From Planctomycetota bacterium (lineage in GTDB: Bacteria; Planctomycetota; UBA8108; SXIK01), in NCBI GenBank assembly GCA_965223265.1, contig OZ244999.1, positions 7,744,001-7,808,000 of the forward strand: a DNA stretch of 64,000 bases, written 5' to 3'. Every line of letters begins with the position of its first letter. Position 1 is the first letter of the stretch. This document shows positions 50,490-60,447 of the stretch, in pieces. Below the pieces are notes generated by a model. It was not told the DNA's origin, searched no databases, and saw only the letters and a list, made by a program, of their open reading frames with translations. Both the position numbers and the translations under genes were made by a program.

Positions 50490-50564
50490 AAAGTAGCAGG
50501 CACACTCCGTGTGCCGTTCGTTCTTTTTCTCAGGCCACGGCGCGCGGAGCGAGCCCGCTACTTT
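50490..50564. repeat. REPIN-like inverted pair of GTAG-type REP palindromes
   Basis: AAAGTAGCAGGCACACTCCGTGTGCCGT (50490-50517) and inverted ACGGCGCGCGGAGCGAGCCCGCTACTTT (50537-50564). Confidence 0.75.
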
Positions 50565-50765
50565 TCCGGACAGGAGTTTTCGAACGTGCACAAGGGTTTT
50601 CAGAGGTAGAAGAAAAGTCCGAAAGACCTTGGGACCCGGCGAACCCGTCCGGCCCCAGCGCGAGATGAACAGCCAGTCACGCGCGGGTGGAGCCCGCATT
50701 CAGAAGAGTCGAGAGAAGAGAGATCCTACCAGTCAGGGTGGACGGAACGCTGACGGAGACCAACG

Positions 50766-53081
50766 ATGCCGCTATCCGATGTACTGGGAAACCTGCGCAT
50801 GCGGGAAAACTGGCGAGACCAATTGGTCGCTTGGAAGGATATTCCGCCGCGACCTCCAGTCTACGCAGATTTTCCGCCCAGCACGCCTGACGTTCTCGTT
50901 CGGAGCCTCAAGGGCCGAGGTGTCGAACGTCTATACTCGCACCAAGCGGAGGCGCTCGCCGCGACTAGCCGTGGCGACAATGTGACCGTCGTGACGCCAA
51001 CAGCGTCGGGGAAAACGCTCTGCTACAACTTGCCTGTCCTCGAACGCATTCTTGCGGAGCCGCAAGCGCGTGCGCTCTATCTCTTCCCGACCAAAGCGCT
51101 GGCCCAAGATCAAGTCGCCGAACTGCATGCACTGATCACCGACCTGGACGTCGACATCAAGACGTCCACCTACGATGGTGACACCCCCGGTGAAGCTCGC
51201 CGCAAGATACGCCAAGCTGGCCACGTCGTCGTCACCAATCCCGACATGCTGCACACCAGCATTCTTCCACACCATACCAAATGGCTAAAACTCTTCGAGA
51301 ACCTGCGCTACGTCGTCATCGATGAGATTCATGTCTACCGCGGCGTGTTTGGCAGCCACGTCGCGAACCTGCTCCGCCGCCTGCGCCGCATTACGCGTTT
51401 CTACCGCTCTGATCCCCAATTCATTTGCTGCTCAGCGACGATCGCGAACCCAAAGGAACTTGCGGAAAGCCTGACCGGAACACCGATGCATCTCGTCGAC
51501 CAAAGTGGGGCGCCGACGGGCCGCAAGATCGTCGCGATCTACAATCCTCCCGTCGTCAACAAAGAGCTCGGTATCCGCCAGCCTGCGCTCAACGCAGTCC
51601 ACGAGCTCGCCGCTGAGCTTTTGCGAGCAGGTGTGCAGACGATCGTGTTCGCTCCATCGCGCGTGCGTGTCGAGCTGCTCCTCAGGTACCTTCGAGAAGC
51701 TGTACCCAGCGGTCTCGGCGAAGCACCGAAGGTTTTCGGCTATCGCGGCGGATATCTCCCCGGCGAAAGACGAAACATCGAGCGCGGCCTTCGCCGCGGT
51801 GAAATCCGCGGGGTTGTTGCCACAAACGCGCTCGAACTCGGCATCGACATCGGCTCCCTCGAAGCCGCGGTGTTGACGGGGTTCCCTGGCGGCCTCGCCA
51901 GCGCTTGGCAGCAGATGGGCCGCGCAGGACGTCGAAATAGCGTCGCCCTGGCTCTTCTCGTCACATCGTCGACACCGCTCAACCAGTACTTGGCACAAAA
52001 CCCGGACTACCTATTCGACACGTCGCCAGAAGCGGGTCGGATCGATCCGGAGAACCTTCTCGTGCGCGTCAGCCATATCAAGTGCGCCGCCTTCGAGCTT
52101 CCGTTCCGCACTGGAGAGGCCTTTGGTCCACATCTCCCCGAGCTGCTGGAGATGCTCCGCGAAGAGGAAATCCTCGTTCAAGCCGGCGACGAGTATCACT
52201 GGATGGCCGATTCGTTTCCGGCCGAGAGCGTTAGCTTGCGGACAGCAGCGATCGACAACTTCGTGATCGTTGAGAAGAACGGACCCAAGACGCGTGTCAT
52301 CGGTGAGATGGATCGCACCGCGGCACCGCTTCTCCTCCATGATGAAGCGATTTACATGCATGGTGGCACGCAGTACCACGTCGACAAGCTCGACTGGGAA
52401 GAAAAGCGCGCCTACGTACACCGCGTCGATGTTGACTACTACACCGATGCCAACCTCGCCGTCGAACTGGATGTCATCGATGAGTTCGAGGCTCGCGTTG
52501 GCCAAGGCTGCCGGATTGCTCATGGCGAAGTCATGGTGCGCGATGTCGCCACAGTGTTCAAAAAGCTGAAACTACGGACGAATGAAAACGTCGGTTGGGG
52601 TCAGATCAATATTCCCGAAGAAAACCGCCATACGACGGCATACTGGATCGCACTTTCCGAGGCAACGACCGAGAACCTTGCGTCGTCCTACATTCAAGAC
52701 GGGCTTCGCGGGCTTGCGCACTTGCTACGACATCTCGCCCCGATCTTTCTTCTCTGCGACCCACGCGATTTGAGAACCGCGTGCAGAATCCGAGCGCCGC
52801 ACACGGGTCTGCCGACGGTGTTTCTCACCGAAAGCCATCCCGGGGGTGTCGGTATGGCGAAGCGCCTCTTCGAGATTCACGAGCAGCTCATTCGCGCTAC
52901 GGCTGAAGTCGTGTCACGCTGCACGTGCACGAGCGGCTGTCCAGGTTGCGTCGGGCCGAGCATAGGAGTGGAGAAGACGAACAAGAAAGCCACGATAGAC
53001 CTCCTCCGTCAGCTCGTGACACCGATGAAGGCGTCAAACAACAACGCAGCTGCAACGCGTCTTGAGCGCGAAAAATGGTGA
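50766..53081 (+). CDS. mrfA: DEAD/DEAH-box helicase with DUF1998 (MrfA/YprA/SftH family)
   Basis: PTASGKT, PTKALAQDQ, YDGDTP, DEIH, SATIANP, QMGRAGR; 4-Cys C-terminus LCD...CTCTSGCPGC. Confidence 0.92.
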   Translation: MPLSDVLGNLRMRENWRDQLVAWKDIPPRPPVYADFPPSTPDVLVRSLKGRGVERLYSHQAEALAATSRGDNVTVVTPTASGKTLCYNLPVLERILAEPQARALYLFPTKALAQDQVAELHALITDLDVDIKTSTYDGDTPGEARRKIRQAGHVVVTNPDMLHTSILPHHTKWLKLFENLRYVVIDEIHVYRGVFGSHVANLLRRLRRITRFYRSDPQFICCSATIANPKELAESLTGTPMHLVDQSGAPTGRKIVAIYNPPVVNKELGIRQPALNAVHELAAELLRAGVQTIVFAPSRVRVELLLRYLREAVPSGLGEAPKVFGYRGGYLPGERRNIERGLRRGEIRGVVATNALELGIDIGSLEAAVLTGFPGGLASAWQQMGRAGRRNSVALALLVTSSTPLNQYLAQNPDYLFDTSPEAGRIDPENLLVRVSHIKCAAFELPFRTGEAFGPHLPELLEMLREEEILVQAGDEYHWMADSFPAESVSLRTAAIDNFVIVEKNGPKTRVIGEMDRTAAPLLLHDEAIYMHGGTQYHVDKLDWEEKRAYVHRVDVDYYTDANLAVELDVIDEFEARVGQGCRIAHGEVMVRDVATVFKKLKLRTNENVGWGQINIPEENRHTTAYWIALSEATTENLASSYIQDGLRGLAHLLRHLAPIFLLCDPRDLRTACRIRAPHTGLPTVFLTESHPGGVGMAKRLFEIHEQLIRATAEVVSRCTCTSGCPGCVGPSIGVEKTNKKATIDLLRQLVTPMKASNNNAAATRLEREKW

Positions 53082-54406
53082 GCGACGACAACAAGCCTCG
53101 GCTGACGCTCAAGGACCGCCTGCGCCAAGCGGTTCAGGAGCACAAACGCGCCGCCGCGCAGGGACCCGGTAGCGAACCGTCCGAGTCCCAGCAGGCTGGC
53201 CGCGGCGTCATGGCCGGCACCGCCTCGACGACTCGATCCACGCTCGGGGCGCTCGCGGACATTCTGGGCGGCAAGTGGCTTAAGACTGAACATGGCGAAG
53301 TGTTTGTTCGCGACGAGACCTTTCCACTTTCGCACCAGCACGGGAGGTTCACGCTCGGCGATGCACTCGCCTTCGAAACGTCGCCTGGCCTATTTCGAGC
53401 CCTTCTCAGTCGACCGACTCCAACGGCGACGACGTCACAACGTATGTCACCGCGGCGCTTCGGTGTCTTTGATATCGAGACGACGGGACTCTCGGGCGGC
53501 ACTGGAACGTACTGTTTTCTCTCGGCGCTTGGAACGTTCAGCGAGTCGGCGTTCACAGTGCGGCAGTACTTCCTTGCCGATCTTCGCCACGAACGAGCCA
53601 TGCTCGCAGCGCTGGCAGCAGACTTGGAGGCGTGCGATGTCGTCGTCACCTACAACGGTCGCTGTTTTGATCTACCATGCGTCGAGACACGCTTGCAGAT
53701 GCGGCGACTGACGTCGACCCTGCGTGACCGTGCGGACCTCGACCTGCTCTATCCACTGCGGCGACTGCACAGCCATGAACTCTCCAGCTGCCGCCTCGCC
53801 GAGACCGAATCGCGCCTACTCGGTTTCTCACGCCCACATGACACGCCGGGCAGCCTGGCTCCGCAGCTCTACTTCGACTATCTTCGCGCCGGGCGCATCG
53901 CACCTCTGCGCGGCGTCATGCGGCACAATTGTGATGATGTTCTCTCGACGCTTTGTCTGCTCACACATGTCGCGCGACTGCTGAACGGTGACGAAGAAAC
54001 ACCAGCGGCGGCGCTGTCCCTGGCGCGTTGGTGCGAGCTCTCTCGCGACGCGGATCGTGCCATTGTCCACTACGCAGCGGCGCTACCCGCGCTCGAAGGT
54101 ACGCAGCTGTGGGCGTGGGCAGCTCGGCGCTACGCCATGTTGCTCAAGCGCCGCGACCGGCGCGATCGCTCCGTCGAGCTCTGGAAGAAACTCTGGCAGC
54201 TCGGCGACCGAGCCGCAGGACTCGAGCTCGCAAAACACTGGGAACACCGCGTCCGAAACCTAGCTCAGGCCGAGTCCATCACTCGCGATCTCCTGGCGGT
54301 GTGTGACGACGCAGAACGGCCGGCTCTCGAGCATCGACTGTCGCGAGTTCGGCGCAAGAAAGCCCGGCTGCCGCAAACCGGCGCCGGCAGCGCGACATCG
54401 AACTGA
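53075..54406 (+). CDS. mrfB: RNase H-like DEDD exonuclease with TPR-like tail (MrfB/YprB family)
   Basis: FDIETTGLSGGTG, TYNGRCFDLP, DLLY, HNCDD, ELAKHWEH; overlaps helicase stop. Confidence 0.88.
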   Translation: MVSDDNKPRLTLKDRLRQAVQEHKRAAAQGPGSEPSESQQAGRGVMAGTASTTRSTLGALADILGGKWLKTEHGEVFVRDETFPLSHQHGRFTLGDALAFETSPGLFRALLSRPTPTATTSQRMSPRRFGVFDIETTGLSGGTGTYCFLSALGTFSESAFTVRQYFLADLRHERAMLAALAADLEACDVVVTYNGRCFDLPCVETRLQMRRLTSTLRDRADLDLLYPLRRLHSHELSSCRLAETESRLLGFSRPHDTPGSLAPQLYFDYLRAGRIAPLRGVMRHNCDDVLSTLCLLTHVARLLNGDEETPAAALSLARWCELSRDADRAIVHYAAALPALEGTQLWAWAARRYAMLLKRRDRRDRSVELWKKLWQLGDRAAGLELAKHWEHRVRNLAQAESITRDLLAVCDDAERPALEHRLSRVRRKKARLPQTGAGSATSN

Positions 54407-54491
54407 CGCCGGGCATCCGTTCAATCGAACGGCCGCTTTGGCCTGGCGCAGAGGAATTACGGGAAAAGTCCGGCCTACAGGGTAGAGACGT

Positions 54492-54513
54492 TACAGTCAC
54501 CGTACAGTCACCG
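54492..54513 (+). promoter_or_regulatory. 11-bp perfect tandem direct repeat (OmpR/PhoB-type operator candidate)
   Basis: TACAGTCACCG x2, intergenic, about 140 nt before 54656. Confidence 0.45.
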
Positions 54514-54655
54514 TGCACCTTTGGCTTGCGTTTGCCAGCTTCCTCGTCCAAGCTTGAATCTGGGGCCTGATAGTCGCTCGGACGATCTCGTATCCATCCG
54601 GCGGCATCACACTAGCGGTCAAGACGCAGACGCGAAGCGACGGGAGGTCGGAAGA

Positions 54656-55873
54656 ATGGCGACGCAGAGCTCCATCCACGTGGATTCAGCATCGGGACGG
54701 ATAGGTCGACGCATGATTTGTCTCCCGGCGCTGATGATCGCCTTCGCGACGTTGGCGACGGAATCGGCGCTGACGCAAGAGGCAACCTTCGAGTCGTTTT
54801 CGTACTCCCAGCGACCCGCCCTTGGTTTTTGCCCTGAGCTGGCGTCCGTTTTCAGTGCGCAATTGATTCGCGACACTTCGTCAGGCCGCGAGAACCAATA
54901 CACGTTTAGCCTGTCGGTTTTACGTCGCGGCATCGAAGGCATTGACGAGTGCGTCGATATCGTCGACCGAAACGACTGCTTCAAGGTCGTCCAGCTCGAC
55001 TCACGAGCGCTGCTGCCCGACGAAGTGTCGACGTTTCTTGACGTCGTTCCGCAGCTCATCAACGACGAGCGAGAGCCGAACCCGGACCCACAGTGCGGTT
55101 CAGCCGATCCCTGCCGAATCCGCGAGTTCAGCCTCGACGACGTCACGCTGTCCACCGATCCTTGCAGCGGGCCTCGTTTGACAGAAGAGCAGGCACAGTC
55201 GATCGTCGATATCCTTGATGGCTTCAACAGCGAACTCGCTGAAGTGCAGAACGGTGACACAAACAGTGACGGCTTGCGAGACCTGAGCGACGCCATCTTT
55301 CTCCTTCAGCACCTCTTCGTCGGCGGACCGAAGCCGGAGCAGGCGACGTGCTCGCCATTTCTGGATTGCGACCCGATCGCCATCGAACGGGTGCACGAAA
55401 ACGGCGACATCAACGGCGACAAGGCGATCGACGTCTCCGATCCGATTCGCCTTCTTATGTGGCTTTTCGGTTCGGCGCCACCGCCAGCGCCGGCTTGCGT
55501 TTGCAAGAGCCAACTCGCCTGCGACGACTGCGCCGCGCCGGCTCGCTGTCTGCCGGGGACGGCTGACGAGTTCGTCTGTACTGACAACCTCGAGACCTGC
55601 AATCAGGTTGCCAATCTTTACGACTTTCTCGTTGACTCGTTCTCGCAGTGTGGTGGAGACGCGTGTCACGTGCTCGCCGGTCACTGCACGGTAGGCCTGG
55701 GCGGCTGTCACTACGGCGTGACAACGGCGCTCGAGCAAGCCGATTTGAACGAGCTCGCCGCACGTTGGGTCGACCTCGGCTGTTTCGACCCCGCCGACCC
55801 GATTTGCGAGTGTCCAGCGCCTCCAGAGACAGTCGGCTGCTCTGAGAGCAACATCTGCGAACTGGGCTTCTAG
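54656..55873 (+). CDS. Secreted Cys-rich protein with central dockerin-like EF-hand pair
   Basis: GGAGG RBS; hydrophobic leader; NGDTNSDGLRDLSDAIFLL..LF and NGDINGDKAIDVSDPI.LL..LF; Cys-rich C-terminus. Confidence 0.82.
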   Translation: MATQSSIHVDSASGRIGRRMICLPALMIAFATLATESALTQEATFESFSYSQRPALGFCPELASVFSAQLIRDTSSGRENQYTFSLSVLRRGIEGIDECVDIVDRNDCFKVVQLDSRALLPDEVSTFLDVVPQLINDEREPNPDPQCGSADPCRIREFSLDDVTLSTDPCSGPRLTEEQAQSIVDILDGFNSELAEVQNGDTNSDGLRDLSDAIFLLQHLFVGGPKPEQATCSPFLDCDPIAIERVHENGDINGDKAIDVSDPIRLLMWLFGSAPPPAPACVCKSQLACDDCAAPARCLPGTADEFVCTDNLETCNQVANLYDFLVDSFSQCGGDACHVLAGHCTVGLGGCHYGVTTALEQADLNELAARWVDLGCFDPADPICECPAPPETVGCSESNICELGF

Positions 55874-55890
55874 CAGCTTCTAGCAGCAGC

Positions 55891-57507
55891 TCAACGACTC
55901 GCTGCACTCCCGGAAGATGCACCACGCCCACGCCTGAGCTGCTCGAGCTGACTGCGTAGCTCCGCGACGATGCGTGCCGCGGCCTCCGTTTGCAAGTAGC
56001 TCGAGCGCGCCCTCCAGGTCTCGTAGCCTCCGAGTTGGTGCTGCTGCGCAGTCGGGAGATAGCCGTTGTAGCCGTTCGCCAGCGAGATAGTAAACGTCGA
56101 CTCAAAAGGTGAGATTGCCCGCAGCTCAAGGCCGATTTCAACGAACACTTCGCATGGAATCGCGCAGACCGCCAAGTCGCCGATGCGAAGAGTCTGCAGC
56201 ACCAGCTCAACGTTCTCGGGATACTCGGCCAGCAATATGGTCTCCCGGGCATAGACTTCGCTGAGGCCGCGCAGTTCGCGATCGCCCGCGGCGGCGAGAA
56301 TCTCCCGGGCGCGTTTTACGTCAACCTCCGAGGGTCGACGCACGCCAAGCGTGAGGTTTCGCGTCTCGACGTCCAAAGCCAAGGACGGGCGGTGAACGAT
56401 TTCGCGCGCGACGCGCAGCGCCTCTGCCGCTACGTCATGGGCGACACGCCGCATCTGTTCGTACGGTTCGCGTCGCGGCCGCGCAGCGCGAAAATTGATG
56501 TTGTTGATGTCGCCGCTGGCGCCGTTTGAAAGCATGGCAACGAACGGTGGTTGAACGCCTCTTGCCGCAAGGAGCTCCGACACTCTTTCAGCGAACATCC
56601 CGAAATAGTCAGCGCTGACATCTCCGGCTCGGGTACCGCCGACGTAGTGAAGGGAATAGTTCGCCAGCAAAGCGATCGGGCGATCGCCTTCGAGACTCCG
56701 CACCGACAACACCCATAGGGCAGGATCCGTTGGCCCGGCGGGCTCTACCAGGTCAGGGCTCCCTACCGGCGGATTCATTCGCACCTGGTCGTGCGTGCCG
56801 CCGAACGGGTCGGTATGGACGACTGTGGGCTTCATCCTCCAGCGTCTGTTGAAGACGTGTTGTGGCACGCTGCCTGCCCCCCAACCGACGCGCGCCGGTT
56901 GGAGATGGTTCACGGCCCTGACAACCGCGTCGGCGATTTTCGCCGCTAAGTAACGCTGATAGTCGGCACTGGGCTCACTTTGAAACACGCCCGTTGCCGT
57001 CGGGCACGAATGCGAGTGTGTTGCTGCGATCAGCAGATGAGAGGGTGGAATGCCGACGATTTCGTTGGCGCGCATCTTCGCACCGTCGACAACGGAGCGC
57101 GGCAGCATGCAGCTATCGACGATCACAAACGCGAGACGAGCAGAACCGCTCTCGAGAACAAGGGCACGGGCGTGCAGCTCGTCATGAATGCCCTTTGCGG
57201 CTCGATCGCGCATACTACCGTTCAGTGATAGCCCGAGCCACGGCGTCACGTTGCTGGTTGCCGCCCCGGCTCGAAGCTGCGATGTCTCTGCGCGTGACAG
57301 TTCACCGCCAGCCATCGCCGTTGCGCCGAGGCCAAAGAGCCACAGCGCCAGCACGAAAGTTCGAATCGACGGGCGCGCGAAGTCACGTCCAACGACGATG
57401 GGGACATATCGCACTTCCGCCGGACCGTGCGTTCGATGGTGGGGCGCAGGTAGGCCAAGCATTGGTGCTCCTCCGCATGCGGTGTTGTGGGCTGCGATCT
57501 CGAGCAT
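55891..57507 (-). CDS. Neutral/alkaline ceramidase-like hydrolase (secreted)
   Basis: HDELHARALVL, AATHSHS, FNRR, NYSLHY, SADYFG, IPCEVF, LANGYNGYLP, GGYET; true start probably downstream of 57507. Confidence 0.85.
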   Translation of the reverse strand: MLEIAAHNTACGGAPMLGLPAPHHRTHGPAEVRYVPIVVGRDFARPSIRTFVLALWLFGLGATAMAGGELSRAETSQLRAGAATSNVTPWLGLSLNGSMRDRAAKGIHDELHARALVLESGSARLAFVIVDSCMLPRSVVDGAKMRANEIVGIPPSHLLIAATHSHSCPTATGVFQSEPSADYQRYLAAKIADAVVRAVNHLQPARVGWGAGSVPQHVFNRRWRMKPTVVHTDPFGGTHDQVRMNPPVGSPDLVEPAGPTDPALWVLSVRSLEGDRPIALLANYSLHYVGGTRAGDVSADYFGMFAERVSELLAARGVQPPFVAMLSNGASGDINNINFRAARPRREPYEQMRRVAHDVAAEALRVAREIVHRPSLALDVETRNLTLGVRRPSEVDVKRAREILAAAGDRELRGLSEVYARETILLAEYPENVELVLQTLRIGDLAVCAIPCEVFVEIGLELRAISPFESTFTISLANGYNGYLPTAQQHQLGGYETWRARSSYLQTEAAARIVAELRSQLEQLRRGRGASSGSAASR

Positions 57508-57544
57508 GGCGACTGAGGAACGCCGTGCCTCTGAAGACGCGCAC

Positions 57545-58396
57545 TCAGCGGCGTCTGAGGGGATACGCTGTGATCACGCGCTTGCCGGCAACGACAAGGC
57601 GTACGTGGTGCGCCGGCGGATAACCGCTGCGCTTGCCGGTTGACCCTCCAACGTAGCCGACCCGGCGCCCCAAATCGACTGTGTAAACCGTCCGATCGCC
57701 TTCGCGCGTGACGCGACTACCGGAGCCGCCCTGGAGGCCCTTCCGGAAGGCTTCGTCGATGACAGCAACGATCGTGTCAACGCCGCCGTCGAAAACACCG
57801 TGCGATCCAGGTCGATTGGGTTGATCCTCGGCGTGACGGAGAACATGCGCCAGTCGAGTCCCTTCGCGACCGCCGCGGCCGTAGATGAGGCCGGCCGACG
57901 AAACGAGGTCGCCGTTCGAAAGCTGCCGCAGACCGCCTGCAGAGCCGCTACCGGCGGGCGGCGCCCTCGCCTGCGTGGTGCCAACTTCGGCGCGGCGAGG
58001 GCTGCGGTCGTCATGGGTGGCTGCCGTTCGTGAGGTCTCCACCGAAGCGGTGCCTCCTCCGGGCAGTCCAGAATCATACGCCGCGTTCCCATCAGATCCG
58101 CTAAGAGAACCGGCAGATGATGATGATCGTGCAGCATCGTGTGCGACCGTGTCACCTGAGGCCTCGCGCTGCCGGCCGCGGTCCGAAGTTGCGCCAGCGG
58201 CCGGATCCCCGGAAGGCGCTTCGTCTGCTGAGTTCTCCGAGGCGCTACGAAATCCAGGCAGGGAAATCCCAAGGAACCGTTCGAGCTTCGTCTCGAGAAA
58301 CGAATACCCAAGGACGACGGCCACGACGATCAGAGAGTACCACCGGCGCGGACGCGTCTCTGGTTTTGCGCGGGCAGATTGTCTGGTTTCGTTCAC
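57545..58396 (-). CDS. Membrane-anchored protein with low-complexity linker and C-terminal toxin-like (putative BECR/EndoU-type RNase) domain
   Basis: TM WYSLIVVAVVLGYSFL; S/G/A linker; RLAHVLRH..D...HGVFD...IDEA...V.LVV.G.RVITAYP. Confidence 0.7.
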   Translation of the reverse strand: MNETRQSARAKPETRPRRWYSLIVVAVVLGYSFLETKLERFLGISLPGFRSASENSADEAPSGDPAAGATSDRGRQREASGDTVAHDAARSSSSAGSLSGSDGNAAYDSGLPGGGTASVETSRTAATHDDRSPRRAEVGTTQARAPPAGSGSAGGLRQLSNGDLVSSAGLIYGRGGREGTRLAHVLRHAEDQPNRPGSHGVFDGGVDTIVAVIDEAFRKGLQGGSGSRVTREGDRTVYTVDLGRRVGYVGGSTGKRSGYPPAHHVRLVVAGKRVITAYPLRRR

Positions 58397-58507
58397 CCTC
58401 TCCTCCCGTCGCTGCTTCCTCGCCCCGGGCCACAGGACAGAAACGCCGCGAGCCCGACAGCTTGCCGAGCTTGCGGCGTTTCGTCTGTGTTCGATAGATC
58501 GTACAGA

Positions 58508-60112
58508 CTACTCGTAGAGATGCGTTGCTTCGGTTTCAGACACCGGTCGGTCAATCTGATCGCTTGTCATGCTCACTTTGAAACGGGCATCACTTTCACG
58601 TGCCGCCCGTACCTTGACTCGCCACGTTGCGGTGGCCTGTGGGAGTAGAGCGCGAAGCGGCGCGAACTGCACGGAGGCGCCGGAGTGCTCACTCTTGGTG
58701 GCACCACTACCCGAGACGAACTCCATCGACGCTTCGAGTTCACAGCGGACGGAGATCCCGGTTCCCGGGGCAGTGCCCTGATTGGTGACGGAAATCTCGT
58801 AGGTTGTCTCCTCGCCCACGAGCACCGGATCCTGCGCGTCGACGACCTCGAGAAGGATCGCCGGGATGCCTTCCATCTTGGTGACGATGGAAGCCTTGGC
58901 TTCGTCGGCGCATTCGGCTCTGGCACGCGGCTCGCTCTTCAGCTCACCGGGTGCGTCGGTTTCGAGAGTCAGCTCGACGATCTTCGCATCGTTCGGATCG
59001 AGCGCCCCAAGGCTCCAGACGATCGCGCCGTTCTTTTCAGCGGCATCAGCATTGGCACGGACAAGCCGGGCCCCTTCGGGAATCGCGCTCGAGAGCGACG
59101 TGTTTTCAGCGCGCCCATCTCCGGTGTTGGTGACTTCGATCTCGTACTTGACCTCTCGCCCGAGGAAACGTTTGGCAGGCCCACGAATCGCTACTTCCAG
59201 GCGCGGTTGACGCGCGATGATTGTTTGCTCGCCGGACTCGGCCCGCAAGTCGCCATCGGCGGTCGCGGTCGCCTGGCTGGGAAACTCACCGCTCGAGATC
59301 GCCTTGACGATGGCTTTCACCTGACGCGAAGCTCCGGATTCAAGATCGCCGATCTTGAATTGCAGTGTACGCCGCTTGTCGTCAGTGACGAGCTGAACCG
59401 GCAGCTCATGCTCGATCGTCACGTTCCGAGCGACTCCGGTGCCAGGGTTGCTCGCCGTGTAGACGAGCGAAATCTCCTCACAAGTGCTCACCGTCTCCGG
59501 CGCGTGGAGGCTGAGCTGCAGGCGCGGTTCCACAACTTCCATGTAGGCACAAACGCCGGAGTTGTACGCCACGCGCGTGCAGCCGCTGACGGCGCCGTGC
59601 TCCGTCGCAACGCCGCCGACCTTGACGAGCGCAGTCTCACCGGCGGCGAGATCGCCGATCTTCCACACCAGCGCGTTATCACGTCGCTCGAGATGTACTG
59701 TCGCTTTGTCCACTTCGAGGTTCGACGCGAGCTCGTCGGTTACCACGACGTTCGAAAGATCGAGCGACGAGAGATTCTTCACTTCAAGATAATAGTGAAA
59801 CGGCGTCGACACGCGCACTTCCTTCGGCATCGACTTCGTCAGCAGGATGGCGCTTGTCTCAGGGTTGCCCGTCGGAAACGCTTGCGAAAAGGAGACTAGC
59901 CCGCTCGCGCTGGAAGTCGCCGCCTCATCGTCCGACCGATACGCCGACGGGGCGACAGACGCTTCCGATTCACTCGCGACACCGCGCGCCAGTGATCCAT
60001 GACGATCCCCCACGCCCGTCGATGCGGAAGATGATTCCATCGTGCCGCATCCCCCCAAGGCGATCAAAACCCCGACGCAGACCCACGCGAGCGCGAACGT
60101 CTGAAGCCTCAT
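58508..60112 (-). CDS. Lipoprotein with tandem DUF11 Ig-like repeats (OmcB-like)
   Basis: Lipobox LGGC; four repeats Y...V.N.G...A.NV...D.LP...W.IG.L..G; C-terminal W/MKGIPAILLEVVD..DP...ETEATHLY. Confidence 0.85.
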   Translation of the reverse strand: MRLQTFALAWVCVGVLIALGGCGTMESSSASTGVGDRHGSLARGVASESEASVAPSAYRSDDEAATSSASGLVSFSQAFPTGNPETSAILLTKSMPKEVRVSTPFHYYLEVKNLSSLDLSNVVVTDELASNLEVDKATVHLERRDNALVWKIGDLAAGETALVKVGGVATEHGAVSGCTRVAYNSGVCAYMEVVEPRLQLSLHAPETVSTCEEISLVYTASNPGTGVARNVTIEHELPVQLVTDDKRRTLQFKIGDLESGASRQVKAIVKAISSGEFPSQATATADGDLRAESGEQTIIARQPRLEVAIRGPAKRFLGREVKYEIEVTNTGDGRAENTSLSSAIPEGARLVRANADAAEKNGAIVWSLGALDPNDAKIVELTLETDAPGELKSEPRARAECADEAKASIVTKMEGIPAILLEVVDAQDPVLVGEETTYEISVTNQGTAPGTGISVRCELEASMEFVSGSGATKSEHSGASVQFAPLRALLPQATATWRVKVRAARESDARFKVSMTSDQIDRPVSETEATHLYE

Positions 60113-60447
60113 ACTCAACTCCGTTTCAGCAGGACTGGCGCCACGCGGAGCGGCGCAAAATACCGCAAACCACCGTACCACTCTCCACTTCACAACGAAC
60201 TCGTCAGCATACGAACTGCGGCGAGGGCCAAGAAATCGGGGTCATCCTGACTCTCCCCCGGAAAACTCCTGACCCAGGAGCATTCCATCCGGAATGCGGG
60301 GCACGTTCAGCGCTGGGAATTGCAAGCACGTAAGTTAACGCTGCTGCGTCCACCGTACAAGGTCTTCGAGCGAACTTCTGATCCCCGCCCCGCGCCCCCA
60401 GCTCGAAGCAAACGGGGTCTTCGTCCGAATGGACGATGGCGCGGCGG

